A DNA stretch of 64,000 nucleotides from Sminthopsis crassicaudata (lineage: Eukaryota). Of this stretch, positions 39,377 through 51,872 are shown one piece after another. The notes beneath the pieces are model-generated. The model had not been told where the DNA came from. It was given only the letters and a program-made list of their open reading frames with translations, and did not search any database. The stretch covers positions 254,841,238 to 254,905,237 of the forward strand of contig NC_133621.1 in the NCBI RefSeq assembly GCF_048593235.1, in the 5' to 3' direction. The position numbers and the translations under genes are program-made. How positions within the stretch are numbered: position 1 is the first letter of the stretch; the number at the start of each line of letters is the position of its first letter.

Positions 39377-41063
39377 AATCCCTGCCCAAAGACCAGAGAT
39401 GCCTTTCTTTGTTCAAACTCAGCTCCTAAATCACCTACCAATGCTCTATACAAAAGGATAAAAAAGCTGCTAAGAGTTAAAAAATAGGAAGGGTGGAGGG
39501 GGCTACAAAATAGCATGAAGCCTCCTTAGATCCCCAGCAATACAAAGCCACCTATTTCCCCCTGCTGGCTAAATAAATACACCAGTGGCAGGCTACTTCA
39601 TTTCCAGATTCAGCTGCTTGGTGATTATAATTTTTACATGACAATGTTCTCATTATACAAGCAACCAAATTTGCTGACAGTAAAGCCACATGAATGATCC
39701 ATTGGTAGTTCTATATATTTAGTTAAATACAGTAAAAAATGTTAATGTATTAATGACATTTATGAGAAATTAGCATGGTTTGAGCCTGAGGTTCAAGACT
39801 GAACTAGTTAAGAGAACCAATCTTCACAGCATTGGAGCCTGAACACACCCATTTTAAGAGTTCTACAAGGGGCTAAGAATGAAGAAAAAAGAAAAAGGAG
39901 CATAAAAAAGGGATTAAAGAAGAAAAGTACTATCAAAATAAGAGGCTACTAAAGAAAAAAAAGTGTGACATGATGTAAAATATTTGAAAAAATTGATTAG
40001 ATAATATCACACACCAATCACCAGGTGCTTTTAGATTTTTAAATGTACTTTTCACATTTAAACCTCATAAGCAGCAGAAGAGCAAACAGGAATTATTATC
40101 CCCCTTTTCAAATAAGTAAATGGAGTTTCAGATGGGGCAGTTTATCATATGAGTACAGAGCTAGAAGGAATTTAAGTCAATCTAACTCAATCTCATTATT
40201 TGACAGATAAAATGGGTTAAGAGAGTTTATGTGACTTGCTCAAGATCGTTAAGTCTATTAAGATGGGTTTCATTCTTAGATCTCAAATGACCGAGACAAG
40301 AATTTTTCCATTACACTTAAAAGCTTCTTTCCCAACACATTCACCATAAGTCTATTAAATGAGATCAGCAGCCTATGGCATACAAGTTGGCTCTAGCCTG
40401 ATTAAATTATATCAGCATCATGCTTAGGGTAACCTTCAATTTGCTGGTCACATTCTTTCTTCCATTCATTCCAAAAGGCATTTATTAGTACCTGGCCCTG
40501 CTTGGAGAATGACCTGTGCTCAAGAGAGACTTTGGCTCTTCATCATTACCCAATTCAAGGAGCACACTATTTACTGATCACTTAACTCTACATCAAGAGA
40601 GACCTAGGGCTCAGATCCAGAAGACCTGTTGAAACATAATGACTGGGTGACTCTAAGCAAATCTCTTATCAGATCTGTATTCTAGAAGAGAGATTTCAAA
40701 CTCAAGTCAATCCTGAATCCCACACCAGATTAAAATGTCACTGGGAAATGTTTTAACAACATACAGTAAAGCACAATAGTGTTAATTTGTGGTCTTCTAA
40801 GTGAACATGCAGGATCAGGGATCCATTTTTGAGTCTGACAATATGGCTTGGGGAGTTAACTTTTATTAGGAATGAAATTCTCCTTACCAGGAATTCCCTA
40901 CACACTAAGCAAATCACATATCAAGGCCCTATTCTTATCCTATTACATAGCAACAATGTCCTAAACACTGAATTCAGTTTATCATTTTCTCTCCTTTAAG
41001 GAACTAAAACAGATCAACCGCTTTTCTGACAAAAAATTGTCATGATAATGGCAAAAATTTATA

Positions 41064-41142
41064 CAGATTGTCCTAAAAGTGTTAGTGTAGTTTTAAGCCT
41101 TAATAAGCTTTAAAACTCTACTAAAAATTTTAAAACACCATG
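41064..41142. mobile_element. 79-bp fold-back Tc1/mariner-type MITE (MADE-like) with TA TSD
   Basis: TA|CAGATTGTCCTAAAAGTGTTAGTGTAGTTTTAAGC ... GCTTTAAAACTCTACTAAAAATTTTAAAACACCATG|TA; the arms are imperfect reverse complements. Confidence 0.75.
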
Positions 41143-42034
41143 TATAATACTTTTAAAGTTCATAAAATGCTTTTTATGTGTAGTCCTTATTTGATCCTTG
41201 CTTTATATGTCTATAATTTAGATCTTGAAGATGCCATGCTATTTAGCAGTTAAAATAAAATTCTCCAAACTTTCATAAATCTTCCCACAACTGCATCTAT
41301 CATAAAAAATAATCCATGTGCAACTAAAGGAAGGTTCTGCTACTCATGCTTTTAAAATGTGCTTTTAATTTCTCAGACTACTGCTAAAGCCTATAATAAT
41401 GTCACTTGGAAAACAGAAGGCTGAGTGAGCATCTGAGGGTGAAAAGGAATGTTTTCACAGGCGCAGTTAGTAAATACCACTGGCTCTAGCAGAACATTCT
41501 TCCTTAAATGGAAACTAATCATGATTTAACCAAAAAAAGAAAAAAGAAAAAAAAGTCCCTTGTTACACAGGGTGAAGAGGGCATCTATTGATCTCAATTA
41601 CACCTGCACATAAAAAGAAAGGGTAGCAAACAATACTTTCAACACTTACCAAACATGAATAAGAATGTCTTAGTGTGCTTCTTCCCCTTTTTAATCACTA
41701 TTTTGAACTACATAATAAATGTAAGAATCAGCTGAGCCAGCCTGCAGGCTCAGACATCTACCCTCCAGTTCACCTTCTCTGAACAACAAATTTAAAAACC
41801 ATATTTCTTCATTTAGAGATTGCTGATTGGGCATCCAGAATTGAGAGCAACATTAGTATTAAAGGAGATCCATGAATAGATCATACCTAGCATTTGTGTT
41901 AAAATAGGCCTTCAAATGGATCATATATAGCACAGCAATGTGAACAGGGCCAACCAACCTGGTGAGTAGGATAAACACCAACAGAAGCTATCAATCTACA
42001 ACTAGAAATCACTGTCAATATAGAATGAAGTTTT

Positions 42035-43322
42035 ATTTTTTAATATTTTTATTAAAGCTTTTTATTTACAAAACATATGCGTGGTAATTTTTCAACACTT
42101 ACTCTTGCAAAATCTTATGTTCCAAATTTACTCCCCCCACCCCAGATGGCAGGTAATTCAATACATTAAATATATTAAAGCATATGTTAAATCTAACATA
42201 TGTATACATATATAGAGTTATCTTGTTGCACAAGAAAAATCAAATCAAGAAGGGAAAAAAAACCTCAAAAGACAAAATGCAAACAAACAACAGAAATAGT
42301 GAAAATGCTATGTTGTAGTCCACATTCTCTCTGGCTCTTTTCATCACAAGATTATTGGAATGGATGTGAATCATCTCATTGTTGAAGAGAGCCACGTCCA
42401 TCAGAACTGATCATCATATAATCTTGTTGTTGCCATGTATAATGATCTCCTGATTCTGCTCATTTCACTTAGCATCAGTTCATGTAAGTCTCTCCAAACC
42501 TCTCTGAAATCATCCTGCTGATCGTTTCTTACAGAACAATAATATTCCATAACATTCATATACCACAACTTATTCAACCATTCTCTGATGGGCAGCCACT
42601 CAGTTTCCAGTTTCTAGCCACTACAAAGAGAGCTGTCACAAACATTCTTCCACATACAAGTCCCTTTCCCTTCTTTAATATCTCTTTGGGATATAAGCCC
42701 AATAGAAATACTGCTGATAACTTTTTGAGCATAGTTCCAAAGTGCTCTCCAGAATGGTGGTATCCGGTCACAACTCCACCAAAAATGTATCACTGTCCCA
42801 GTTTTCCCACAGCCCGTCCAACATTTGTCATTATCATTTCCTGTCATCTTAGCCAATCTGAGAGGTGTGTGTAGTGGTATCTCAGTACTCTCTTAATTTC
42901 AATTTCTCTCAATAGTGATTTAGAGCCCCTTTTCATATGACTAGAAATAGTTTTAATTTCTTCATCTGAAAATAGTTCATATCCTTTAACCATTTATTTA
43001 TTTGTTTGTTTGTTTATTTGTTTGTTTGTTTGTTTATGTAGGCTGGGGTTAAGTGACTTGCCCAGGGTCACACAGCTAGGAAGTGTTAAGTGTCTGAGAC
43101 CAGATTTGAACTTAGGTCCTCCTGAATTCAAGGCTGGTGTTCTATCCACTGTGCCACCTAGCTGCCCCCCTTTTAACCATTTATTAATTGGAGAATAGCT
43201 TGAATTCTTGTAAGTTTGAGTCGTTTCTCTATATATTTTATATTTATTTATCTTCCTATATTTTAGGAATTTATCAGAACAATTAAATTTAAAGATGTTT
43301 TCCCAATTTATTGCTTCCCTGA
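42035..43322 (-). mobile_element. 5'-truncated L1 (ORF2 C-terminus plus 3'UTR) containing a nested SINE
   Basis: ORF-track peptides (CWTGCGKTGTVIHFWWSC...PFWRALWNYAQK) are L1 ORF2. TSD AATGAAGTTTT at 42024-42034 and 43323-43333. Confidence 0.92.
42999..43171 (-). mobile_element. WSINE1 nested in L1, (AAAC/AAAT)n tail
   Basis: Full head GGGGCAGCTAGGTGGCACAGTGGATAG. TSD TTTAACCATTTATT at 42985-42998 and 43172-43185. Confidence 0.9.
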
Positions 43323-43922
43323 AATGAAGTTTTCATGCTTAAAGTGATATTCCAGTTGGGAATAAAGTTGTAAGACTAGAAGCTGCTAAGTAGCAGCCAA
43401 TTTTTATCCCTGGGACTTTATGAAGATAACTCAGTTGGAAAATCTATGACAATTACTCAAAGCCAATACTCAAAACTAAACTCAATGACAAAGGAAACGG
43501 AATGATATTTCTTATAATAAAATTAATATTTATCACAGGTTAATGAACATAAAATATACCATAAACTATAATTTGCTTCAAGATGGGAAGGAGATATGAT
43601 ATAATGAAAGATCTCTCAATCTAAAGACAGAAGTCTTTAAGGTTCAAGTTTCAGTTCTATTAATAGCTCTATGCCTCTAGGTAAGTTCATTTCAGGGTCT
43701 CAAGAGTTAGACAAGATAACTTCAAAGTATGTTTCCAGTTCTATGTTTTAAAAAAAAGAAATACATATTACAATGTTTGAATTCCTACATTGTCATTTCA
43801 TATTAATTTTCTTCATTGTAAAGATAAAATGAGATAACATTTGGAAGGTACTTATCTATCTCACAATTAATCAGATCAGTAAAAATGACAATTGTGGGAA
43901 GAGCTGTGGAAAGAAGACAAGG

Positions 43923-44779
43923 AACATCAGTATATACTATAAATATACAATAGTACCTTAGTACTCATCATTAATTGGTTCCAGAAGGCAAGACAAGTAT
44001 CCAAACCAAGTGCCAAATAATTTTTTCCCTTAAGTAGTACACCTCCAGTCCGAAGGCTAATCACCCCTCCCCATCCAATCCTCCAAAGGGGCAAGTGGGG
44101 CTTCCAGCAGTAGAAAAATAAGGCAAGCCCATTCCAGTCCAGCCAAGATAGGATCCTTCCTTCTTGATTCAACTCACTTTCTGAGAAGAGCTGAGCTTTT
44201 ATACTCTTTCCCTCCCCAATACTGTCTAAGCTTCATTGCAGGGGAGATGTGGATGCAGAAGCTACACCAGGACCTCTACTGCCTAGGGCTCTGGCCACCA
44301 CCAAGGATTAGGGTTTGCCAGGAGTCTTGGGTCCTCCACCATAGCCACAGCCCCTACTTCTGCCTGGGTTACTACTCTAGTCACCTGTTCAAGCCACTCT
44401 TGTTCTTGCAGCTTCTCCTCCTGCTGAGTGCATCAGGCACTCTGTGTCCCTTCCACTATAACTGTTTTGGGAACTGGGAAAATATATGCTGTATCCATAT
44501 CATCCTGTAGGAATTGCTCCATGACCTGCCCATCAACACTCACAATTTTAGGATCGTGGGCTACAACTTGACAGTCCTGCTCACCATTGCCTTTCCTGTG
44601 GGGGAAACTGCAATGGCCAAGAGCAATAACAGTGAAGGGGGCAGGGCAATATATCCCTACTGCTCAGCCAAAACAACAACTAAATGCAAGGAATGCTGAG
44701 CAAGAGAGTAAATATTAATTGCTGAAGCATTTTTTTTCTTACTGAAAAGTGCTGAGCACTGAATTTGATAAGTGAGTGC
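43923..44779 (-). pseudogene. Gene-like insert of unidentified origin inside an old L1
   Basis: GC-richer than its flanks. Has a 3' splice-site-like ttgcagtttcccccacAG, a 53-aa open frame, then 49 further sense codons in the same frame and UTR-like sequence. Flanked by CAAGG direct repeats. Confidence 0.4.
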
Positions 44780-45334
44780 CAAGGTACCACTGTACAGCTA
44801 TAAATTGGTCAAGCTACTTTAGAAATTAGTTTGCAACTATGACCAAAATGTCACTAAACCGCATTTGCTTTGGCCCAGAAATATTAGCAATTAGCATCAC
44901 AGGAATTTAAAACTAGATGGGAATTTCATCTACTCTCCAAGGCAAATCATTTAATCTCTGTTTGCCCCAGTTTCCCCAAATGCAAATTGGAATAACAGCA
45001 ATGAACCTACAGAGTTGCTGTAAGGATCAAATGAAATATTTCTACAGTGTGTGGCACAGGATAGGTCTCATATTCCCTTTTACCTACCACCTCCATCTAA
45101 TAAAAATGTATTTAGAGCAGGTAGTAAAATTATTTGCCTACATGATTGTATAGGGAAAGAGAATAAGTAAATAAAGAAAAAGGCATTAGCCCCTAAGCCT
45201 AACCCTAACTATTGCTCAGGAAAGGACCTGGCCCAGTTCTTCCTTTGAACTTTGGTATAACACTGCTCTGTAACCATATTAGAAATCATAGATAGACAAG
45301 AGTAAAAGTTAGACACAAAGCTGCAATTAAAGTT

Positions 45335-45570
45335 ATAAATAATAATAAATAGCATTTACACAGTATTTAAGGCTTTGCAAAGTGCTTTAAAAATATTATT
45401 CCATTTGATCCTTAAGACAGCCATTTAAAGTAGGTACTAAATAATTAATACTCTCATTTTACAAATGAGGAAATTGATGCAGAATTTCAGTCTGACTTTG
45501 GTCAGACAACTATGTAAATGTCTGAGACCACATCTGAACTCAAGCTTTCCAAACTCCAGGTCTAGATCTT
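45335..45570 (-). mobile_element. MIR SINE
   Basis: ataatagcatttac...gctttgcaaagtgctt...cattttacaaatgaggaaa, antisense MIR core. Confidence 0.7.
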
Positions 45571-46780
45571 GTAATGTGATTGCTTATTGACAATCTAAAA
45601 GCTGTCATGAAGAGAGCACAAAACACACTTTCCAGTTTATGTCCAGAAATGAAATTTTAGTATTCACCAAGCAAAGCTTGTGTTTTCACTATCCCATGAT
45701 CTAACTGTATGTAAGAATTTGAAATGATTAAAAAAAAAAGTCAGAAAGGTAGATTTTTCTTTTTTTCATTACTTTATGTTCCTCTGATGAAGGGCCACAC
45801 ACTAATTGTAGCCTTAAATAAAGATTGTGCAGGCCAGGATGGAATGTTTCATTTTAGAGGAGGTTTGTAAATAATATTAGTCAAAAGGAAGAAAATAATA
45901 TTGGGCCTCTACAGCTTAAAGACAAACCTTTCACTGTCATGAATTTGCAAAGAATGTATATTCTCAAGCAAATCTTTTCACCAATCACCATGTGCAAACC
46001 TTTGGCAAGGGGACACTATGCACATTCCTGGGAAGATTTAAATGAATTTGTGGAGGACTGAAACCTGGTTCATGTGCAAAGAAGTAGATTTAGATTCCTT
46101 ACAAAGACTTACTTTTCAGAAAAACTTAAACTTCCTGAGTTTTCCACTCATATACCACGCCCATCATGATCAAGAATCGCAGCTGACAGAAATTTCAATT
46201 TCAGCAATATCAACAACCAAGTGGTTTTCTTTTTATATTAACTGTTTTGTTTTTTAAAAGTCCATTTTCATTCTCTGCCTAACGGTTATGAATTTAAAAT
46301 TCCAACTGTAGCTGAACCTTTGGTTAACTTAAATAATTTTAAAAGCAAATAAGAGACTGAATTTTTATAGTTTTTTTTTTAATATATATAAAGTGGGGAT
46401 CCACTTTAATTATACAAGTTTCTCAAAGCATTTTTTATTTCAAACTTTTTAATGCTTACTTAACACATCTTTCCTGTTTTAAGTTTTAGGGTTCATTTCA
46501 AAATATATGATTTCTTAAATTTTTATTTTACATAAATTGGTACCAGAAAGACACAACGGATAGAGTACTAGATTAAGAATCATTAAAACCTGACTTTTAA
46601 GGCTTGCCATGGCCAAGTCCTTTGACCTTCAAAAATCTCCATTTTTTCATCTCTAAAATGAAGGGATTTGGGCTCAGAGATGTCCAAGATTTCCTCTAGT
46701 TTTAATCTATGCTCCTATGAGAAGCAAATTGTTAATAATAATTAATAGTATTAATGTAATATATATATAAATATTCATGC

Positions 46781-47025
46781 TGTTGTTTAATCATTTCAGT
46801 CATGTCCAATTCTTCATGATTCTATTTGGGGTTTTCTTGGCAAAGAAAACGGTTAGAAATTTCCTATTCTAACTCATTTACAGATAAGGAACTGAGGCAA
46901 TCAGGGTTAAGTGATCTGCCCAGTCACACAGCTAGTAAGTATATGAAGCCACATTTGAACACATGAAAATAAATAGTCAAAAGACTCCAGGCCTGGCGTT
47001 TTACCCACTGTACTACCTAGCTGCC
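46781..47025 (-). mobile_element. MAR1-type SINE
   Basis: gttgtttaatcatttcagtcatgtcc...ttttcttggcaaag...ctacctagctgcc. Confidence 0.8.
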
Positions 47026-47164
47026 TATTATACATGTATAATGTTATAATGCAGCACATAAAATGTAAATCTATAGCACTTTTTATTAATAGCACTTATT
47101 TAAGATTTACAAAGAGCTTGACTAACAACAATCCTGGTAGTTCGGTGCTATTGATATCAACTTA

Positions 47165-47290
47165 GGGGAGCATCTAGGTGATGCAATGGATGGAGCACCG
47201 GCCCTGGAGTCAGGAAGAATTCAAATACGGGTTTAGGTACTTGATACTTAATAGCTGTGTGATCCTGAGCAAGTCACTTAATCCCAATTC
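47165..47290 (+). mobile_element. WSINE1/CORE-SINE
   Basis: ggggagcatctaggtgatgcaatggatggagcaccggccctggagtcagg...aagtcacttaatccc. Confidence 0.75.
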
Positions 47291-48416
47291 TCACTGGTAT
47301 TCTCCCAATTCCAAGTCTAGCACTCAATTTACTGGGTCAATTCCCTTAATTAGGTTTAAGATAACCTGTATGTTTTCAGTCACCTAAATAACTGACATAG
47401 TCAAGCAACAGAGTGCTGACTTCATTGAAGGATGCCATAATGGAAACTGCTTGACCAGATCACAATCAATGACCATCCTCTCCCAATGATACATAAAAGA
47501 GTCTCCTTTACAAATAACAAATAACAAATAACTAAAGTTTAAACTAAACAGTATAGGCTAAAATACACGTGCCACAAAAACTGGAAAAAACATGATGAAA
47601 GAATATCCACAGTAAAACAAGGAATCAATTTGAGGAAGAACAGGTGGGAGCGGTAAAGGGGTAGCCCAACCATCCAGGTAATCACACTAAGTGCAATGTT
47701 TTCTGTAGGTATATAATAGACTATATTCTTTTGGAGCATACATGCAACTATTAGGATAATGGACGAAAGTCTATCCAGAATAACCTGACTGTACTTTTGA
47801 TTCACTTAACAAAAATAATGTTTTGTTGAAGGTGATAAACCCTAAGATTTACCTTAATTAAAAATGACATTCAAATAAAGAGTCAATAAAAGGGGAAGGG
47901 AGATGAAGGAGCAAAAGAGGAACAGATCAGCAGGTCACAATAAAAAGGTCCATAAATACCTATTGTCATGAATTCAAGGATCTGAAAGGATACCTCCTTG
48001 TCCCAGTGCAGATCACAAGTGGCCTCTCCACACTTGTTTCATGTTTAAGTGATTAAGAGGATAAAGCAAAAAACTTGAAACAAAAGGACCCCAATTCAAA
48101 TCAGATCCTAGAGACTTAGCTATGAACCTGTTTGCCTCAGTTTCCTCATTTAAAAAAAATGTTAGTAAATAGTACCTACCTTCCCAAATTATTGTGGGGG
48201 CAAAATAAGTTAATATTTATAAAGCACTGTATAAGCATTAAAGTGCCTTATAAATGCTACCAATAATGATAGTGATGAAGAATTGCAATAGTATCTTCCA
48301 AAATCAACTTATTACTAACCCACCATTGAAAAACTCATCCTACTAGTTTGATGTTTATTTCATTGGGGAAGGAGGGAGAAAGGGGGTAGATACAGAGGGA
48401 AAGCAAAAAGCACACA

Positions 48417-48476
48417 CAGTTATTATATCTCCGAGATATTGCAGGTTCAGTTCATGACCACCACAATAAAATGAGC
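48417..48476. mobile_element. Tigger1-like (pogo) terminal fragment
   Basis: ccgagatattgcaggttcagttcatgaccaccacaataaa resembles the recalled Tigger1 end CGGAGATATTGCGGGTTCGGTTCCAGACCACCGCAATAAA. Confidence 0.5.
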
Positions 48477-50064
48477 ACGAAGTATGCCTATAGTTTGTTT
48501 TTAAACGTGGGGCATAGAGCTTCTTGGAAAGGACATTAGGCTTTCTAACTTTGCCCTCAGAATTCCATTGGAAGTGCATCCCTGTAGAGATCTCCCAATC
48601 TTCCTTCCTTATATACTTCACTGTGAAGCTCTTTAAAAGGATAGATCATGTCTTCTTTCATCTTAGTAGTCATAATTCCAGGACTCAGTAGATTTGACTG
48701 CTACATCTGGCATTTGTACCTTCCTGTTCTATTAGACATATTTATTTATCAATAGGAGTTATTCATATTTTTAAAGGGGGGGGAAGTCCAGAAAAAGGTC
48801 ACTGAAGAAAAGTCATTACTTGTGAAAAAAAAGTCCAACTTGGAAGGCTATCTTCTCATCTAAATTTAATAAAGAATTAAAAAGTTGAAAATGCTCCAGT
48901 TTCTGTGAGAACTGAACTCATTTATGTAGAAATACTCTTCCTAATGAAAAATCTTTTTAGCCAAGGAGGTGTGCAGAATCCACATTTCTCAGGAAGTGGT
49001 GGACCCACAACACTGATTTGGAAGGAATGTGATAAAGGATTTTAGACCTAGCTCTGCTATTAACCAATTGTATACTCTTTAGAAAATCTCTTCAACTCTC
49101 TTAACCTCAATTTCCTCATATGTTAAATGAAAAGGTTGGAATGAATGACTGAAGAGATATAACTGTAACTATAAAATTCTGTGATTATTTTTTTAAGAGG
49201 GGAGGAAAGAATGAATGGGACAACATAAGGAATGAGAAAGGAAATAAAAAGAATGTAGAAAAAAACTCACTTTGCTTCACTACTGTGTTCTGGTGATAGA
49301 AATGAGATTGGAAAAAAAAAAGTGAGTAGAGAATCTTTCACTTTCTTCCCCTCCCCCCTCTATGTCCAAAGCCCAACACAATCATTAGGAAGACAATAGC
49401 TAAGAAAAAATGTTTTAAAAGGGGTGACTAGGAAGGGAATATGGATTAGATTTTGTATAAATGAAAAGTTAAAAATAAAAGAGAATGATCTTTCCCAAAC
49501 ATATATAAAAAAAACTTTCCCCTTCATGTGAAAATTAAGATTTATTAAATCTCCCAAGATCTCCCACATTTCATTAGATCACTAAATGTTAGCAATATAA
49601 CAATTTTTAACCACATGAAAAGAATGAATGTTTGCAGTGTTGCTTTCATAAGGAGTCATCCAGCTTCCACTGAAAGGCACACTACACTGGAAAGCTCACT
49701 GCCAGCTTATTGTTACTTTTTGACAACTATAATTTTTAATAAATTTAATTTTTCATATAGGCTGTGGAAATCAGTCCTTTTATGATTTCCGCCCATTATT
49801 CCAAGTTGTAGCTTTTGTTTATGGGAAACAAAACAAAAGTGGATGAAAGTTTTGGTCAATGTATTTTATACAGATCCTTTGTACCAATCCATTTTCAGAA
49901 TCTAGCAAAAGATAAGATAGACTCTTCAGCTATAGGTACAGTGACTAACCAAGGATTATCATTATTATATTTTATCATTTTATTATATTCTTCCCATTAG
50001 GACAGGAGAAACCATTTCATTTCTGTTTTTCTCTGTATCTCAAGAATTTTAGGACAAGGCCTGG

Positions 50065-50305
50065 TATATAGTAGGATATAAGTAATGCAATGAATAGAGT
50101 GCTGGACCTGAAGCCAGGAAGACATTCATCTTCCTGATTTCAAATGTGGTTCCAGACAGTTCTTACCTCTGTGAATCTCAAAGTCACTTCACCTTGTGTG
50201 CCTCAGTTTCCTCATCTGTCAAATAAGCTGGAGAAAGAAATGGCAAACCACTCCAGTTTCTTTGCCAAGAAAACCAAATGGGTCACAAAGAACAAAAACA
50301 ACTGG
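50065..50305 (+). mobile_element. MAR1-type SINE
   Basis: gagaaagaaatggcaaaccactccagtttctttgccaagaaaacc tail after the CORE domain. Confidence 0.8.
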
Positions 50306-50479
50306 CATAAAATAGGTGCTTAATAAATGCTTGCTGACTTGACCTGAACACATGTCACCTCTCCTTCACAAACTATTCACTAACAATATATTACATTAAA
50401 AAGAATCAATTTGTGACTTTACTTCTCTTTCAAATTTCCCTTTCTTTATATATTAAATGGAGGTCTGAAAACCATCTCT

Positions 50480-50640
50480 AACCATCTAGAAATAGATCTT
50501 GCCACTGGAATCAAATGGTTCCAGACAGGAAGGTGAGGTAGTTAGCCCAGCGTTTGCTCACTTAAATCCAATTCACTTGCATGTCATGGCATCACCTCCC
50601 TGATATCATGGTCCTCTTCAAGAAGGAAGGACAAACAACA
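50480..50640. mobile_element. RTE-related SINE fragment, same family as 4340-4500
   Basis: cttgccactgga...cacttaaatccaattcacttgcatgtcatggcatcacc. Confidence 0.5.
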
Positions 50641-51419
50641 AATAAAGATCTACACTTTAGTATATGTCCACTTAAATCAAGAAAAACAGTTCAGAGGTGG
50701 TCACCTTAATCTTTCCCTCCTCTTTAATTCAATCATAACAGACAAACAAACACAAAAACAGAGATGGAAGCAAGCCTAATGAATGTGCATCTTCAGCAAC
50801 AGGAAGAAAATTGTTCTTTAGGAGAGAGCACTTTGAGAAGGCAGATAAGATGCTATCTCCATTTTCTAAATAAGGCTATGAAAATTATAAAAGTGACAGC
50901 AAGGGTTCTTAATTTGGGATCTGTGAGCTTATTTTTTTTTTTAAATTCAGTAAACCTGTTTTGATGTAATTGTTATCTTTTACAATTTAAAACCATTAAG
51001 TTTCCCTGGACTACCAAATTTTTCTTGGTATTTATTTTAAAAGATCATAGTTTAGTGCTGGCAAGGGACCTAAGGGATTTCCTGATCTAAATTACTCATT
51101 TTACAGATGAAGAAACCGAGGCCCAGATTAGCTCAGTGATTTATCTAAGATCACACAAGTAGGGAACTGATTGCAAAGGCAGCGACTGATGTTTCTACTC
51201 CACAACCTACTGTCTATGCTCTCTGTATTTAACCAAAAGCAATAAATATGTTCCATGATTTGCCCATCTAAAAGTAGCCTATCTTCTTGGAAAATACTAA
51301 TATAGTATGATCAATTCTTTGACAGATGAAATGCCCTGTCCAGACTACTTAATGATCCCTATGACATAGATGTCTTAATAATCTTGTTAATGAGATGTGT
51401 TAGATGCATGAATTGATAA

Positions 51420-51872
51420 AACATGAATATTGTGGGACATTCATGTAGTACTGTAATGAACTGAACCGCTACATCCAGCAAAAGAACTCTGGGAGTTGAC
51501 TATGAACCACTACATAGAATTCCCAATCCCTGTATTTTTGTCTGCCTGCATTTTGGATTTCCTTCACAGGCTAATTGTACACTATTTCAAAGTCTGATTC
51601 TTTTTGTACAGCAAAATAACTGTTTGGACATGTATATATATATATTGTATTTAACTTATACTTTAACATATTTAACAACCTGCCATCTGGGGGAAGGAGG
51701 AGAAAAGCTGAAACAAAAAGTTTTGCAATTGTCAATGCTGGAAAATTACCTATGCATAAAATTTTTGTAAAAATTAAATTAATTAATTAATTTTTTAAAA
51801 AAGCAAAGATAAATGCTGAAAAATTACCCATGCATATGTTTTATAAATAAAAAGCTTAAAAAAAAAAAAAAA
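51420..51872 (+). mobile_element. L1 3'UTR with a duplicated terminal segment
   Basis: aatgctg(g/a)aaaattacc(t/c)atgcata occurs twice before the poly(A). Confidence 0.8.

Noticed and set aside
45191-45208. Three degenerate CCCTAA telomere-like units
   Set aside because: Only 18 bp with a mismatch; compatible with chance.
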